Part shown: piece by piece, positions 31,890 through 43,085 of the stretch
Position numbering within the stretch: the first letter of the stretch is position 1
Layout of the letters: the number at the start of each line of letters is the position of its first letter
DNA from: an uncultured bacterium
GTDB lineage: Bacteria; Desulfobacterota_D; UBA1144; Nemesobacterales; UBA2774
DNA length: 64,000 nt
Assembly: GCA_963825135.1 (NCBI GenBank)
Contig: CAWGRW010000010.1
Span: 160,026-224,025 of the forward strand
Direction of reading: 5' to 3'
The notes under the pieces: model-generated
Database searches by the model: none
What the model was told of the DNA's origin: nothing
What the model saw: only the letters and a program-made list of their open reading frames with translations
Made by a program: the position numbers and the translations under genes

Positions 31890-32410
31890 CGCACACACAA
31901 TGTGTGTCTCTACGATTCTAGTGGAACTCCTTAGCCCGACCAATAATTTCCCTCCCCCGCAAGGGGGAGGATTAAGGGTGGGGGTGTACCTCAATATTTT
32001 TGTCATTGCAATGGTTCTGATGAATAAGAAGAACCGGTCGCTGCTGGCTGATTGCATTCAAGTTGCTATGCCATGGGACGAACCTGCCAAATAAAATCTG
32101 TGAGCGAAGCGAAGCAATCTCGTCTTTTTCTTCCCCGACATTACAGAATTTGCGTAAAGAAAATCGATTGTACGAGCGTTAAGAATCTTCCACGGGGTGG
32201 GGTTGAATTGGAAGATTTAGCGAGTACATGAGATTTTTAGCACAATTCTGTAGAGTCTTTTCGGAAACCACACTACGTGTGTGATTTTTGCTTCTTTTCA
32301 TCAAGGAAAAGAAGGAATTAAATTAGCCTTTGTCTTGTCCTTCCTTAGTCGTGTCTTTTCGAAAGAGCACACTACGTGTGTTCATCAAGGAAAAGAAGGA
32401 TAATATATTC
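31890..32410 (+). repeat. Composite repeat cluster 9 (hairpin 32135-32253)
   Basis: Shared modules. Confidence 0.9.
32010..32101 (+). mobile_element. AAT-hairpin-GGWC element (92 nt)
   Basis: Splits GTCATTGC|GAGCGAAGCGAAGCAATCT; empty host at 28381-28407. Confidence 0.78.
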
Positions 32411-32571
32411 GCCTTTTCTTTTTATTTATCTTCCTCAAAAGAGCAGGCAAAGCGCGGCAATCCCGTATTTTCCTCCCCCCATTTCCCATATACCTCCAAC
32501 TAAGGTTATAATTGTTTATCGTTATATTTTCCTGATAATCCAAATCGCACTCTCTTAACGGAGGATAGTAC

Positions 32572-34185
32572 ATGAAATACCGGAAACCTTTACTCGCGTT
32601 CTTATTAGTCCTGACGGCCGTTTTCGGCCTCTACGGAGGCTGCTCGTCGGGCGGCGGCTCGAGCGTCCCCGCCAACATCCGCGCGATATTCGACAAGCCT
32701 CTTTACTCGGACTCTATCTGGGGCCTCCGCGTCCTCGACCTCGAAACGGGCGAGGTGCTCATCGACTACAAGCCCGATTACGACTTCTATATCGGCTCCG
32801 TCAGGAAGATATTCTCCACAGGCGAGCTTCTGAACGAAATAGGCCCCGATCACCTGTTCGTAACGCCTGTATATAAGGAAGGCGAGGTAGACGGCTCGGG
32901 CGTGCTCAACGGCAGCCTGATTCTCGTCGCGTCGGGCGACATCTCCATGGGCGGCAGGACGAAGGCGAACGGGCAGTTCGCGATTACAGACTTCGACCAC
33001 AACGAGGCAAGCTCGTTCGGCAACGCCGAGCTCACGAAGCCCAACCCGCTCAAGGGCTATAAGGCCATAGCGGAGCAGATAGCGGCCTCGGGCATCACGC
33101 AGGTGGACGACGTCGTAATAGACGACAGGCTCTGGAAGCCCTACCCGTTCAGGGGAGAGTTCGACCTGAGACCGATATTCGTAAACGACGACTGCGTCGA
33201 TCTGATTATGAACCCGACATCTCCGGGCATGGACGCATCTGTGGACTGGCGTCCCAAATCGGCCGCGTTCGGGGTCGTGAACGATCTCGTCACGTCGGGC
33301 CCCGGCACGGAGTTCGCACTGGAGCTCGACCCCGCAAACCCCGGGTGTATCGGCGAGCCCGGCTGCACGGCCGCCGTCACCGGACAGCTCCCGGTGGATT
33401 TCGCCCCCCCGTTCACGAGCGAGTTCCCGCTCGTCCAGACGTTCAGGATAACCGAGCCTCAGAACTACGCGCGCACCGTGCTCATCGAGCTTCTCGAGGA
33501 CGCGGGCGTTACCGTGCTCGCGGATACCGTGGCCCAAAACCCTGTCGCTAAGCTCCCGCCAAAGAACTCTTATTCCGGGGACGACCTCGTGACTTCGTTC
33601 GTCTCTTTCCCGTATAAGGACTACGCGAAGCTTATAAACAAGGTGAGCTATAACCTGGGGGCGAACGCGGCCTTCCTCCTCTGGGGCATCACGCAGGGGG
33701 TCGATAATATGGACGCGGCGCTAGCCTCCGAGAGGGAGTTGCTGACGAACGTATACGGCTTCCCCGGCGACGATTTCCACTTCGTCAACGGCGACGGCGG
33801 CGGCGAGACCATGGCGAAGAACGAGGCCGTTACGAAATGGCTCGAGATGATGACGGAGCAGCCGGCGTTCGGGGCTTTCTTCGACTCGCTCCCGATTCTC
33901 GCCGTTGACGGCTCTATGGTGTTCGTTGACGGTTTCCTGTCCGACCCGACACTCGCCGGGGCGAAAGGGCAGGTGCACGCGAAGACCGGTACGTTCGCCG
34001 GCGGAGACGAGACGGGCTTCGTCGTAAAGGGTGAGGCGTTCGCGGGTTACATCGACACAAAGAGCGGGAGACGCCTCGTCTACCAGATCGTCGTCAATAA
34101 TGTCAGGTTAAATACGTTGATCGATATTCTCGAAGTAATCCAGGACGAGGGCACTATATCCGCGATCCTCTGGCGCGACTATTGA
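32572..34185 (+). CDS. dacB: Second PBP4/S13 paralog, lipoprotein form
   Basis: SVRK, SYN, KTG motifs; YGGC lipobox-like signal. Confidence 0.9.
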   Translation: MKYRKPLLAFLLVLTAVFGLYGGCSSGGGSSVPANIRAIFDKPLYSDSIWGLRVLDLETGEVLIDYKPDYDFYIGSVRKIFSTGELLNEIGPDHLFVTPVYKEGEVDGSGVLNGSLILVASGDISMGGRTKANGQFAITDFDHNEASSFGNAELTKPNPLKGYKAIAEQIAASGITQVDDVVIDDRLWKPYPFRGEFDLRPIFVNDDCVDLIMNPTSPGMDASVDWRPKSAAFGVVNDLVTSGPGTEFALELDPANPGCIGEPGCTAAVTGQLPVDFAPPFTSEFPLVQTFRITEPQNYARTVLIELLEDAGVTVLADTVAQNPVAKLPPKNSYSGDDLVTSFVSFPYKDYAKLINKVSYNLGANAAFLLWGITQGVDNMDAALASERELLTNVYGFPGDDFHFVNGDGGGETMAKNEAVTKWLEMMTEQPAFGAFFDSLPILAVDGSMVFVDGFLSDPTLAGAKGQVHAKTGTFAGGDETGFVVKGEAFAGYIDTKSGRRLVYQIVVNNVRLNTLIDILEVIQDEGTISAILWRDY

Positions 34186-34189
34186 TGCG

Positions 34190-34750
34190 CGCGCACGCAC
34201 ACGCACGTAGTGCGTTTCTACGATTCTAGTGGACCTCCTTAGCCCGACCAATAATTTCCCTTCCCCCGCAAGGGGGAGGATTAAGGGTGGGGGTGTTACC
34301 TTAGTGTTCTTATCAATTCAGAAATTCTTTTTCTTCCCGACATTACAGAATTTGCGTTAAGAAAATCGATTGTGCGAGCGTTAAGAATCTTACGGGAACG
34401 AATGCAAGCGAGCGCGCATTCGGACACCCTCTCCTATCCGCACGACGTTAGTTAGCCACGGACATCGCTAAGCTATTGCTCCGATTGGGGCTGAATTGGA
34501 AGATTTAGCGAGCACATGAGATTTTTAGCAAATTATGTAGTCGGATGATTTTTGCTTCTTTTCATCAAGGAAAAGAAGGATAAATAAAACAGCCTTTCAC
34601 CTTTCTTTGTCTTTTCCGTGTCTTTTCGGAAACCACACTACGTGTGTGATTTTTGCTTCTTCTCATCTAGGAAAAGAAGGATAAATAAAACCAGCATTTC
34701 TCCATTCCTTTGTCTTTTCTTTGCTTTTCCCCGACATTACAGAATCTGCG
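34190..34750 (+). repeat. Composite repeat cluster 10 (hairpin 34337-34544 with loop insertion)
   Basis: Shared modules. Confidence 0.9.
34397..34485 (+). mobile_element. AAC-hairpin-GGWC element in the loop of the long hairpin
   Basis: AAC GAATGC aagcgagcgc GCATTC GGAC. Confidence 0.75.
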
Positions 34751-34757
34751 CGCGGGC

Positions 34758-34787
34758 AAAAAAAGCCCGGGGAATATTCACCCGGGC
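34758..34787 (-). terminator. Rho-independent terminator for the collagen-like gene
   Basis: GCCCGGG...CCGGGC hairpin next to an A7 tract on +. Confidence 0.7.
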
Positions 34788-34843
34788 CTCGATTGTTCTT
34801 CAGCCGGTTGAAAATTTCACGCCGTCTTATTCATATACCGTCT

Positions 34844-36278
34844 TCATAACCCGAGCGCAGCGCACGTCGTGCCGGGACGGAACGTAGAATACAGCCATAC
34901 GGTCCGCGCGGTGGGGTTATCGTTTGAAACGCTGCGTACATCGATCGATGCATTCGCAGCCAGATCGACGCATAACGCACTGGAACAGGTTGTCCCGGAC
35001 GGCCCGCTCACCGTGCAGGTGACAGTACTTGCTATGCCGCCCGCCATCACCGTGAACGTATAACTGTTGGGTGCGGCGCCTATAGTATTGTCTAATATGA
35101 TATTTAGACCCACAAGTGCGCCCGAAACGGGCAAGCTATGCTGAACTGCAGATTCAGTGGCACTGGAGTTCTCCAAAAACATATCTATGAATGTAGAAGT
35201 GGCCGCTGATCCGGTCAGGATATTAATACGAGACCCGCCTGACAATATAGTCACGCCGGCAGGTGCGGGATCACCCTTAGGCCCCTGAGGCCCTGTTGCT
35301 CCAGTAGCCCCTGTAGAACCGGTAGCACCGGTCGTTCCCGTTGGGCCGGCGGCCGGCTGGCCCCGCAGGTCCCGTAGCCCCGGTTGCTCCTGTGGGTCCG
35401 GCAGGCCCGGCAGGCCCCGTTGATCCCGCAGGTCCGATAGGCCCGATTGCCCCTGTAGTCCCCGTGGGACCGGCTGGTCCGATAGGCCCGGCTGACCCTG
35501 TAGGTCCCGCAGGTCCGGTAGGCCCGATTGCCCCCTCGGGCCCGTTGCATACGTAAGTCGTGCCGGAAACGATATTGTCCTGCCCGGATTCGACCTTTAC
35601 GCCGCCGTCGGCGCAGTTAGGCCCCGGAGGCTCGGGCGTCGTGTTGACGAACGCGTTGAGCCCGTCCGTCCCCGCAGGCCCTGTGGGCCCCGTAGCCCCG
35701 GTCGCGCCTGTTGGCCCGATTGGACCGATGGGTCCTACTGCTCCGGTTGGTCCGGTTGGACCCGTTGCTCCTGTCGCCCCGGTTGTCCCTATCGGGCCGA
35801 TTGGTCCCTGAGGCCCCTCGGGCCCGTTGCATACGTAAGTAGTGCTGGAAACTATATTGTCCTGCCCGGATTCGACCTTTACGCCGCCGTCAGCGCAGTT
35901 AGGCCCCGGAGGCTCGGGCGTCGTGTTGACGAACGCGTCGAGCCCGTCCGTCCCCGCAGGCCCTGTGGGCCCCGTAGCCCCGGTCGCTCCGGTAGATCCG
36001 ATGGGGCCTGTAGGTCCGATCGGTCCGACCGCTCCCTCAGGACCGATTGGGCCCTGGGGTCCTTCCGGTCCCATAGGTCCGGGCGGTCCCTGTTCCCCGG
36101 CATTTACCTGGAGAGGAACCTCCTTTTCGAGACATTCCGTACCGGGGCCTCTGAAAGTCACTATTTGAAGAAAATCGTCGAGTACGCAAAAGGTTAATTC
36201 TTCCGAATTACTTGTACTTGCAAACAACAAAAAGCATAAAGCTAAAGATATCCCGATATCCCTTCTCATCATCTCCAT
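34844..36278 (-). CDS. Collagen-like (Gly-X-Y) secreted protein with C-terminal globular domain; frameshift(s) at ~35280-35350
   Basis: Signal peptide, long GXY runs, duplicated [21 protein letters not shown] module; C-domain in 34844-35254. Confidence 0.85.
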
Positions 36279-36617
36279 TCTCCTGTAATGTGAATAAAAA
36301 AGGTCTTCTAGTCTATACTGTCAAGTTCTGTTCTACCTTAGTCAATTGCTGGAAAAAATATATCCTAATATAGATATTGTAATAACACTTGTCAAATTTT
36401 ATTTTTTGAAGTACCATTTGTAATAGATAATGTTTACAGTTTATACAGGATAATTGCTAAACTCGTTTGTGATGTATTGCCGGTCAATGTTAGCATATAG
36501 ATACATTGTTATTTATTTGTATTGCGATACGTAGACTGGTTAAATCAGGGTAATTCCAGTTCCGACGCTTTGTATCGGTTCCGGCACAAATATTTGAATA
36601 TAATGAAGGGGATGATG

Positions 36618-37253
36618 ATGAAATCGAGAAAAATATATGCCTTTATACTCTTTCCCGTAATTTTAGCCTTGATCTACGGAGGCTGCGGCGGATCGGGAGG
36701 GGACAACCCTCAGCCTACGCCCAGACCCTCGCCCACGCCCGCGCCTACCTCGAAGCCCACGGCATGTAATTCTCCGTCGTTGAATACGGCTTACGTGGAC
36801 GGTGACGATACGAATGAGTTCTACGTCTATAATGCCGCGGGGAGCACGCTCGATACGCACCTCTACTCGGACGGAAAGAACGTGTTTGTGCTGGTGTCCG
36901 ACGGCAGTACCACCTTCGGGTTCAGCGGAGTCCCCACTGGCGCGGGCACCGCGTGCGAATTCATCAAGGCGTCCGCCGATTACGATAACGACGGCGTGTT
37001 CGACGAGACGGCGAAGAGTTTCATCAGCAGCTGCCTGAGACTCGATGACGGGGGGCAGTTCACATACCTCGAGGGTCCGAGCAAGGTCGACGCCTCGCAG
37101 GAATTCGAGGACAGGCTTCTGTATCTCTACAACCAGGTCGCATACTACAACGTACTCGACACCCTCGGCTGCGACCAGACCGAGCCCGTTCCCGATAGCG
37201 GCATTTACGAGCCCCTTTTACTGCAGCTCCAGACCGAGATCAACGCCATCTGA
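36618..37253 (+). CDS. Lipoprotein (YGGC signal, Pro/Thr linker)
   Basis: LALIYGGCGG; PTPRPSPTPAP linker. Confidence 0.8.
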   Translation: MKSRKIYAFILFPVILALIYGGCGGSGGDNPQPTPRPSPTPAPTSKPTACNSPSLNTAYVDGDDTNEFYVYNAAGSTLDTHLYSDGKNVFVLVSDGSTTFGFSGVPTGAGTACEFIKASADYDNDGVFDETAKSFISSCLRLDDGGQFTYLEGPSKVDASQEFEDRLLYLYNQVAYYNVLDTLGCDQTEPVPDSGIYEPLLLQLQTEINAI

Positions 37254-37259
37254 GGCGTG

Positions 37260-37685
37260 CTCACACACATTGTGTGTTTTTACGATCCTGTCGAAACTCC
37301 TCTGCCATCGCCAGGCAATTAGCGCAACCCGTTCACCCCGAGCCCGTCGAAGGGTTCTTCCTTAATTCCCTCCCCCTTGAGGGGGGAGGGTACGGGTGGG
37401 GGTGTTACCTTAGTGTTCTTATCAATTCAGAAATTCTTTTTCTTCCCGACATTACAGAATTTGCGTGAAGAAAATCGATTGTACGAGCGTTAAGAATCTT
37501 ACGCGGGGTGGGGTGGAATCGGAAGATTTAGCGAGTACACGAGATTTTTAGCAAATTATGTAGTCGGATGATTTTTGCTTCTTTTCATCAAGGAAAAGAA
37601 GGATAAATAAATAGCCTTTCACCTTTCTTTTGTCTTTCCGAAAGACCACACTACGTGTGTGTCGCGGCTGGAAGCCGCTCCTACG
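37260..37685 (+). repeat. Composite repeat cluster 11 (hairpin 37446-37567)
   Basis: Shared modules. Confidence 0.9.
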
Positions 37686-37769
37686 GCGAGTCGCCGCAGA
37701 CGTAAGGGAAGGAAGCGAGGCAGAGGAGATTCGCAGGGACCGTATATGAGCACACTATGCGTGCCCCCC

Positions 37770-38252
37770 CTACTCCCCTTTCATCTTGAGCCCCGATTGG
37801 GAATAAGACCCTATCTCCTGCCCCGAATCGTTATCGTATATGGTGACGACATTGGAGTTCCTGTCCTCTGTGATGTAGTAAGACCATATGACGTTCAGGA
37901 GCGAGGACTGCTCTTTGACGTTGAGCCCGTAAAAGGCCTTCATCACGTAAACGAAAGGCTCGCCCGCAGGGTTCTCGATCCTCTCGGCTATCCCCCCGGA
38001 GACCATCTCGTCCATGATCTTCTTCCGCCTCGCCTGGAGGTGCTCGGTGCTCTCGATATTCTTCTCGAGCGTCTGCCGGGCGCTCTCCGTCTGCTGCGCC
38101 GGGGCGGGGGTCGAGGTCAGGCTATCGGCCGCTTGCTCTTCGACGTCGATATCGTCGTCAGACGCCTGCTGCCACTGAACGACGTAAGCCGCCATAACCC
38201 CGACGGCCAGCACCAGCAGCAATGCGAACGCGATTCCGCTCCTTTTCTTCAT
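37770..38252 (-). CDS. Membrane-anchored hypothetical protein
   Basis: MKKR plus TM segment; GGAG RBS. Confidence 0.78.
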   Translation of the reverse strand: MKKRSGIAFALLLVLAVGVMAAYVVQWQQASDDDIDVEEQAADSLTSTPAPAQQTESARQTLEKNIESTEHLQARRKKIMDEMVSGGIAERIENPAGEPFVYVMKAFYGLNVKEQSSLLNVIWSYYITEDRNSNVVTIYDNDSGQEIGSYSQSGLKMKGE

Positions 38253-38261
38253 GCATTCTCC

Positions 38262-38702
38262 TTATTGAACGAGTGCGACGTACTCGCACGTTACGGAAAT
38301 ATCCCCGAGGTCGTCGGACGTCTGATTGAAAGCCAGCTGCCCGAACTTCTGTCCGTCTATAGTATTCACGGAACCGGCGATATCGTCCAGCGTCCCCGAT
38401 TCGAGGGAAGTCGTCTCGAAATCGAGCGACTTGCACTTGGTCTGCTCCCACGTGAAGTCGCCGGCGTCTGACCTCGTCCCCGTCCCGTCGCCGAAAAACG
38501 CGATAGTGAATACGTCCTGGCCCCCGTTCTGACACTGCCATTCGGAGTCCTGCTCCGCCTGGGACGATCCGTTATAGAAAGTATTGAACCTTATATCACA
38601 CGGGCCGCCGCCGCTGCCGCAGCCGCCGATGTTCCCGACGGATATAAAGGTAATCAGCACTGCCGGAATCAAAGATAGAATAATCCTCTTCATCGCGTAC
38701 AT
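38262..38702 (-). CDS. Lipoprotein, GNIGGC family
   Basis: Paralog of 58236-58667 (QDSEWxC, TIAFFxDGTG, GDFTWxQTKC). Confidence 0.8.
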   Translation of the reverse strand: MYAMKRIILSLIPAVLITFISVGNIGGCGSGGGPCDIRFNTFYNGSSQAEQDSEWQCQNGGQDVFTIAFFGDGTGTRSDAGDFTWEQTKCKSLDFETTSLESGTLDDIAGSVNTIDGQKFGQLAFNQTSDDLGDISVTCEYVALVQ

Positions 38703-38831
38703 CCTCCTTTCGCATATTTTTCAGACTCGTACCGACGGCCCGAAGGCGCATTCCCGGCATGGAGCCGCGAACGCCCGGGCCGCGTACACTATTATAAAGC
38801 AGTTTTAAGAAGGAAAAAACCGCGGACGGAT

Positions 38832-39059
38832 TTAATCCCTGTTTCCGGAGCCGCCCATCAGGTCCCGGTTTATAAGCTCGGCCCCCGCGATGTCCCCGAG
38901 CGCGAGCACGACGTGAAAGAACGCGGGGGAGCAGTGCTCGGCCCTGAGCTCCTTCCTCTCGGCCCTGAGTTCCATCAGCTCCGCCCTCGTGAGCGAGTCC
39001 ATCCTCGCGAGTATGCCCCTGAACACTTCGCCCGATACCTTATACCTATCGTCTGCCAT
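38832..39059 (-). CDS. Small hypothetical protein divergent from the second repressor
   Basis: GGAGG RBS before MADDRYK. Confidence 0.6.
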   Translation of the reverse strand: MADDRYKVSGEVFRGILARMDSLTRAELMELRAERKELRAEHCSPAFFHVVLALGDIAGAELINRDLMGGSGNRD

Positions 39060-39383
39060 GATATAACCCCCTCCTCCGACTGTCGGTAATTTGAAAGTAG
39101 AGCCCCGGACCCGGCCTTCCCGGGCGGGCACACCCGGAAACCGAAAAACCGCACGGGCCGCTGCATGAGCCGCCTGACAACCCGCGCCCGTTTTTGACTC
39201 CCGATCCCTGACCCTTAATTACAAACCGAAAAAACGCTTGCAAATACGCATTTTGTGGATTAATATTTGCATATTGCGTAATTATATTTCATTAAAACAC
39301 AATTTGCGGAATTATTCAAGATACGATTTTTCATTTTGCGTAATTTGTAGAATCCAGCCGCCGGAAGGAAGGAGGACGCGAAG

Positions 39384-40034
39384 TTGAGAAAATCAGTGGA
39401 GCGGATAATCGATACAATTAAGTCCCTGAAGGGGTTTACGAACGATTACGAGGTCGCCGACACGCTCGGCCTCGGTCGTGGGGCGCTTTCGAGCGCGAAG
39501 TCGAGGGACAGCGTTTCGTTCCTCGACGAGCTGGTCACGTTCTGCGACCGGGAGAGGCTGACGCTCGATTTCATCAGGGAGACGCCGGTCACCGGCGAGG
39601 GGGTCAAGGCGGTATCCGCGCACTCGGGATACGCGGCGGGAGGGGAAAAGAGGTACGTCGAGGTCTCGGTTCTGTCATACGCGGGCGGAGCGTCCGGGCC
39701 CGAGGAGGTGGACACCGTAGTCATACCGAGGGACGTTTACGCCGAGGGGTCCATAGTGATTCAGGTGAGCGGCGACTCCATGGAAAAGCTGTTCATGAAC
39801 GGGTCGAGCGCCGTCATAGACACGAACACGAAGGAGATAATCTCGGGATGCCTCTACGCGTTCAGGATGCCGTGGGAGGGATCGGTCGTGAGGGAGTGCG
39901 TCTCGGAGCCGACGGGGCTCTCGCTCATCCCCTACAACAAGAACTACCCGGTCTCGTCCATAAAATGGGGCGACTTTGACCCCGGCATGGTCATAGGCAA
40001 GGTCTCCTGCAGCCTGATAAACGTGTTCAGGTAG
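39384..40034 (+). CDS. Phage CI-like repressor (Phage_CI_repr HTH + S24-like domain)
   Basis: NDYEVADTLGLGRGALSSAKSR; VSGDSME. Confidence 0.8.
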   Translation: MRKSVERIIDTIKSLKGFTNDYEVADTLGLGRGALSSAKSRDSVSFLDELVTFCDRERLTLDFIRETPVTGEGVKAVSAHSGYAAGGEKRYVEVSVLSYAGGASGPEEVDTVVIPRDVYAEGSIVIQVSGDSMEKLFMNGSSAVIDTNTKEIISGCLYAFRMPWEGSVVRECVSEPTGLSLIPYNKNYPVSSIKWGDFDPGMVIGKVSCSLINVFR

Positions 40035-40735
40035 GCGCACACCTACGCTCGTATACGATTCTGCGAACTCCTCCGCTGCGCCGCTATCTCGTATGTCAGC
40101 CGCGACTCGCCGCTCCGTTCGTCCTGAGGCACACAATGTGTGCTCATATACGATCCTCCCGTAACTCCTCTGCCATCGCCGGGGAAGAGCCAAACCCGTT
40201 CGAGCTGAGCTTCTCGAAGCACGTTACCGACATTACAGAATTTGCGGCGGGTGAGCACCCGCAGGCATACGATCTCAAGCATCTCCTTTCCTGTCATTTC
40301 GAACGCATGTGAGAAATCTGTCTTTCGTCTTTCATCTTCCCGACATTACAGAATTTGCGTATAAGAAAATCGATTGTACGAGCGTTAAAAATCTTACGCG
40401 GGGTGGGGTGGAATTGGAAGATTTAGCGAGTACATGAGATTTTTAGCACAATTCTGTAGTCGGATGATTTTTGCTTCTTTTCATCAAGGAAAAGAAGGAT
40501 ATAAAAAATAGCCTTTGTCTTGTCCTTCCTCAGTCTTGTCTTTTCGGAAACCACACTACGTGTGTGATTTTTGCTTCTTTGTATCCAGACAAAGAAGAAA
40601 ATAATATTGTCTTTGCTTTTTCTTTGTCTTTTCGAAAGTTCACACTATGTGTGTGCTTCTTTTCATCCCTGTCCTGAATTCATTTCAGGAAAGGAAAAGA
40701 AGGATAAAAAAAACAGCCTTTCACCTTTCTTTGTC
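40035..40735 (+). repeat. Composite repeat cluster 12 (hairpin 40340-40463)
   Basis: Shared modules. Confidence 0.9.
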
Positions 40736-40789
40736 CCTAAGAACATCGCCAAGCGCAGGCAATCCGATCGCGGACGCCGGAGCGGTTAT

Positions 40790-41185
40790 TCACTCCCCCT
40801 TCGGCGTGACCTTCACAACCCCCCGCATGAAGTTATGTCTCCTGCAGAAGTACGGGTACTCCCCGGGCTCGTTGAAAGTGAAGGACCAGGTCTGCCCCTC
40901 GGTGAAGAAGCCTGAATCGAACGCGCCCGCGGGCTTTCCGGGCACGCCGTTCGTCACGCTGTGCTCAATCGCGTCCCCGTTCGTCCACACGACGGTGGTG
41001 CCGGCGGGGATTTCGAGGACCCCGGGGTTAAACGAGAAGAGCTTTATCGACACCTGAGCCTTCTCGCCTTCGGCAGCTCCGCCGCCGGGCGCGGCGTATG
41101 AGACCGCGTTCCCGGCAACGAAACTTAAGGGAAGTATGGCGAGAGCCGCGAATAAGAATAATAAGAATGCGTATAACGATTTCAT
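40790..41185 (-). CDS. Cupredoxin (plastocyanin/amicyanin-like)
   Basis: WTNGD..HSVT; YFCRRHNFMRG type-1 Cu ligands. Confidence 0.9.
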   Translation of the reverse strand: MKSLYAFLLFLFAALAILPLSFVAGNAVSYAAPGGGAAEGEKAQVSIKLFSFNPGVLEIPAGTTVVWTNGDAIEHSVTNGVPGKPAGAFDSGFFTEGQTWSFTFNEPGEYPYFCRRHNFMRGVVKVTPKGE

Positions 41186-41247
41186 TTTTCCTCCGGAGAC
41201 AGAGAGACGGACGTCCCCGCCCGCCTCTCTACATTCCTCTAGTATTA

Positions 41248-41944
41248 TCAGTTCTGGAACTTGTCCGGGAACTGCTGCACTATCGCCTCGGCGTGTGCGT
41301 CGGCAATAGACTGCATGTGCGCCGCGGCCTTCATCGTGTCCGTAAAGGCCTTCGCGTCGTCCCCTGCCGCCTGATCGTCTATGACGAGAAGGAACGACTT
41401 TCCGTGCTCCTCGACGAGGGCCGTGACCGCGTCAACGGGGAGCGACGGGCTCGCCGAGTGTATAAACGCGGCGAAGTCCCTGGCGTAGCCGTTCAAGTCG
41501 TCCATCGCCTTCTGCTTCTTGGCCATGTCGCCCGCCGCTACGGCCTGAGTGTAATCGACGAGGAACCCTATGTGCTTCCTCCACAGAGGGAGGAAAGCGT
41601 CGGCCGCGGCCTGTCCGTAAACCGAGCCGTTAGCCGCCGCGAGGGCCTGGGAATTGAGGTCGAGCGCCGCCGCCGCTGCCTCGAACTCCTTCTGGTTGCC
41701 GTTTAAGCGCGGCGTTCGTGGCCATCGCGCCCAGGTACACGTGCTCGGCCAGGAGCAGGTTCAGAGTCTTCCGGAGCGCGCACGCACTCGTAGAGGACGT
41801 GGGCGCGGGGCACATCATCTGCTTGCCCGTATCCATCATCTTGCTCTTCATATCCCCGTTCTGGGAATACCCCGGAGCGGCGGCCGCCGCCGATAAAGCC
41901 GCGACGACAAGCAAAAACGCAAACGACCTTAGAGCTTTGCTCAT
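41248..41944 (-). CDS. Secreted four-helix protein resembling so-called copper amine oxidase-like proteins; about three frameshifts
   Basis: LRKTLNLLLAEHVYL...LWRKHIGFLVDY...LVEEHG read across frames. Confidence 0.65.
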
Positions 41945-42087
41945 AACATACCTCCCTTGACTGTGTATTTTTTAAAGCTCCGCAATTGCATATACATTAT
42001 TGATATTTGTATATGCATGACTACGGACTTACATATATACGCAGCGCAGGGGATTCCGGATCCATACTATTAAAAAATATTTAATAA

Positions 42088-42534
42088 TCATCTCCGGGCG
42101 CCTATCCTGCCGTCGAGCGACCATTTGCCGCCGCCCCTCACAATCACGATGAGAGCGAGGCCGAGCGCGAGAAGGTGGTATTCGAACCCTTCCCCCTTCT
42201 GCGCGCCGAACCAGTTCATGAAGAACCCGTTCGGCAGATGCACCATGAACACCGCGCCAAGCATTATGAGGGCTATAGACGCGGCCGACACCCTGCTTAT
42301 GAGGCCGAGAATCAGGAAGAGCGCGCCGAAAGACTCTCCCAGTATGATGAGCACGGCGATAAACGCCGGGACGCCCAGACCCGTAAAGAAATCCACGGTC
42401 GGCCCGAACCCGTCCCCTCCGAACAGGCCCAGGAGCTTCTGCATGCCGTGGGGCAGTATCACTATCCCGAGCGCGACCCTCGCTATGAGCGCCGCCAGAT
42501 CGTTCCCGTCGGTTCTTATCAATTTCCTTAGCAT
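42088..42534 (-). CDS. DoxX family membrane protein
   Basis: HGMQKLLGLFGG...GFEYHLL...GGGKWSLD. Confidence 0.92.
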   Translation of the reverse strand: MLRKLIRTDGNDLAALIARVALGIVILPHGMQKLLGLFGGDGFGPTVDFFTGLGVPAFIAVLIILGESFGALFLILGLISRVSAASIALIMLGAVFMVHLPNGFFMNWFGAQKGEGFEYHLLALGLALIVIVRGGGKWSLDGRIGARR

Positions 42535-42672
42535 TATATTTTTTCTCCTTTTATATTCTTATCATTCATTCCTTTGTATTTCCCTCTCCCTTGAGGGGAG
42601 AGGGCGTGGGTGAGGGTGATAAAATATTCTTTGCTCCGCATCAAACACGCCCCGGACAACGCCGGCCCACAT

Positions 42673-43005
42673 CTATCCGTTCTCCGACACGACCGGAAGC
42701 CCCGCCTCCACCCAGTGCTTCTTCCCCTCGACGTACTCGTACACGTCCGTGTACCCGAGCGCCTCGAGGGTCCTCGCGGCCTTTGTCGAGTTCTGACACT
42801 CCGTGCTCGCGCAGTAAACCACTATCCTCGCCCCCTTGTCGGGGAGCATCGCGCCCGCTTTGCCCTCGACCTCCGTATAATCCATCTGTACGGCCCCCGG
42901 CAGGTGACCGTCCCTCCAGTACTTCTCTGGCAGCGCCTCGACGAGCGTTACCTCAGTACCGTTATCGAGCGTGCTCTTAAGCTCCTCCCTCGTAATGTGT
43001 CTCAT
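42673..43005 (-). CDS. Rhodanese-like protein
   Basis: GHLPGA, VVYCASTEC, YVEGKKHW. Confidence 0.9.
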   Translation of the reverse strand: MRHITREELKSTLDNGTEVTLVEALPEKYWRDGHLPGAVQMDYTEVEGKAGAMLPDKGARIVVYCASTECQNSTKAARTLEALGYTDVYEYVEGKKHWVEAGLPVVSENG

Positions 43006-43035
43006 TTCTACTACCTCCTGGTGTTTTGTTATATA

Positions 43036-43085
43036 GTTGCTATTGCAACTACTATTTTATAACATATGATGGTTGCAATTGCAAC
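43036..43085. promoter_or_regulatory. Two GTTGC-N4-GCAAC operators (43036-43049, 43072-43085)
   Basis: Perfect inverted repeats; a third copy lies before marR. Confidence 0.75.
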
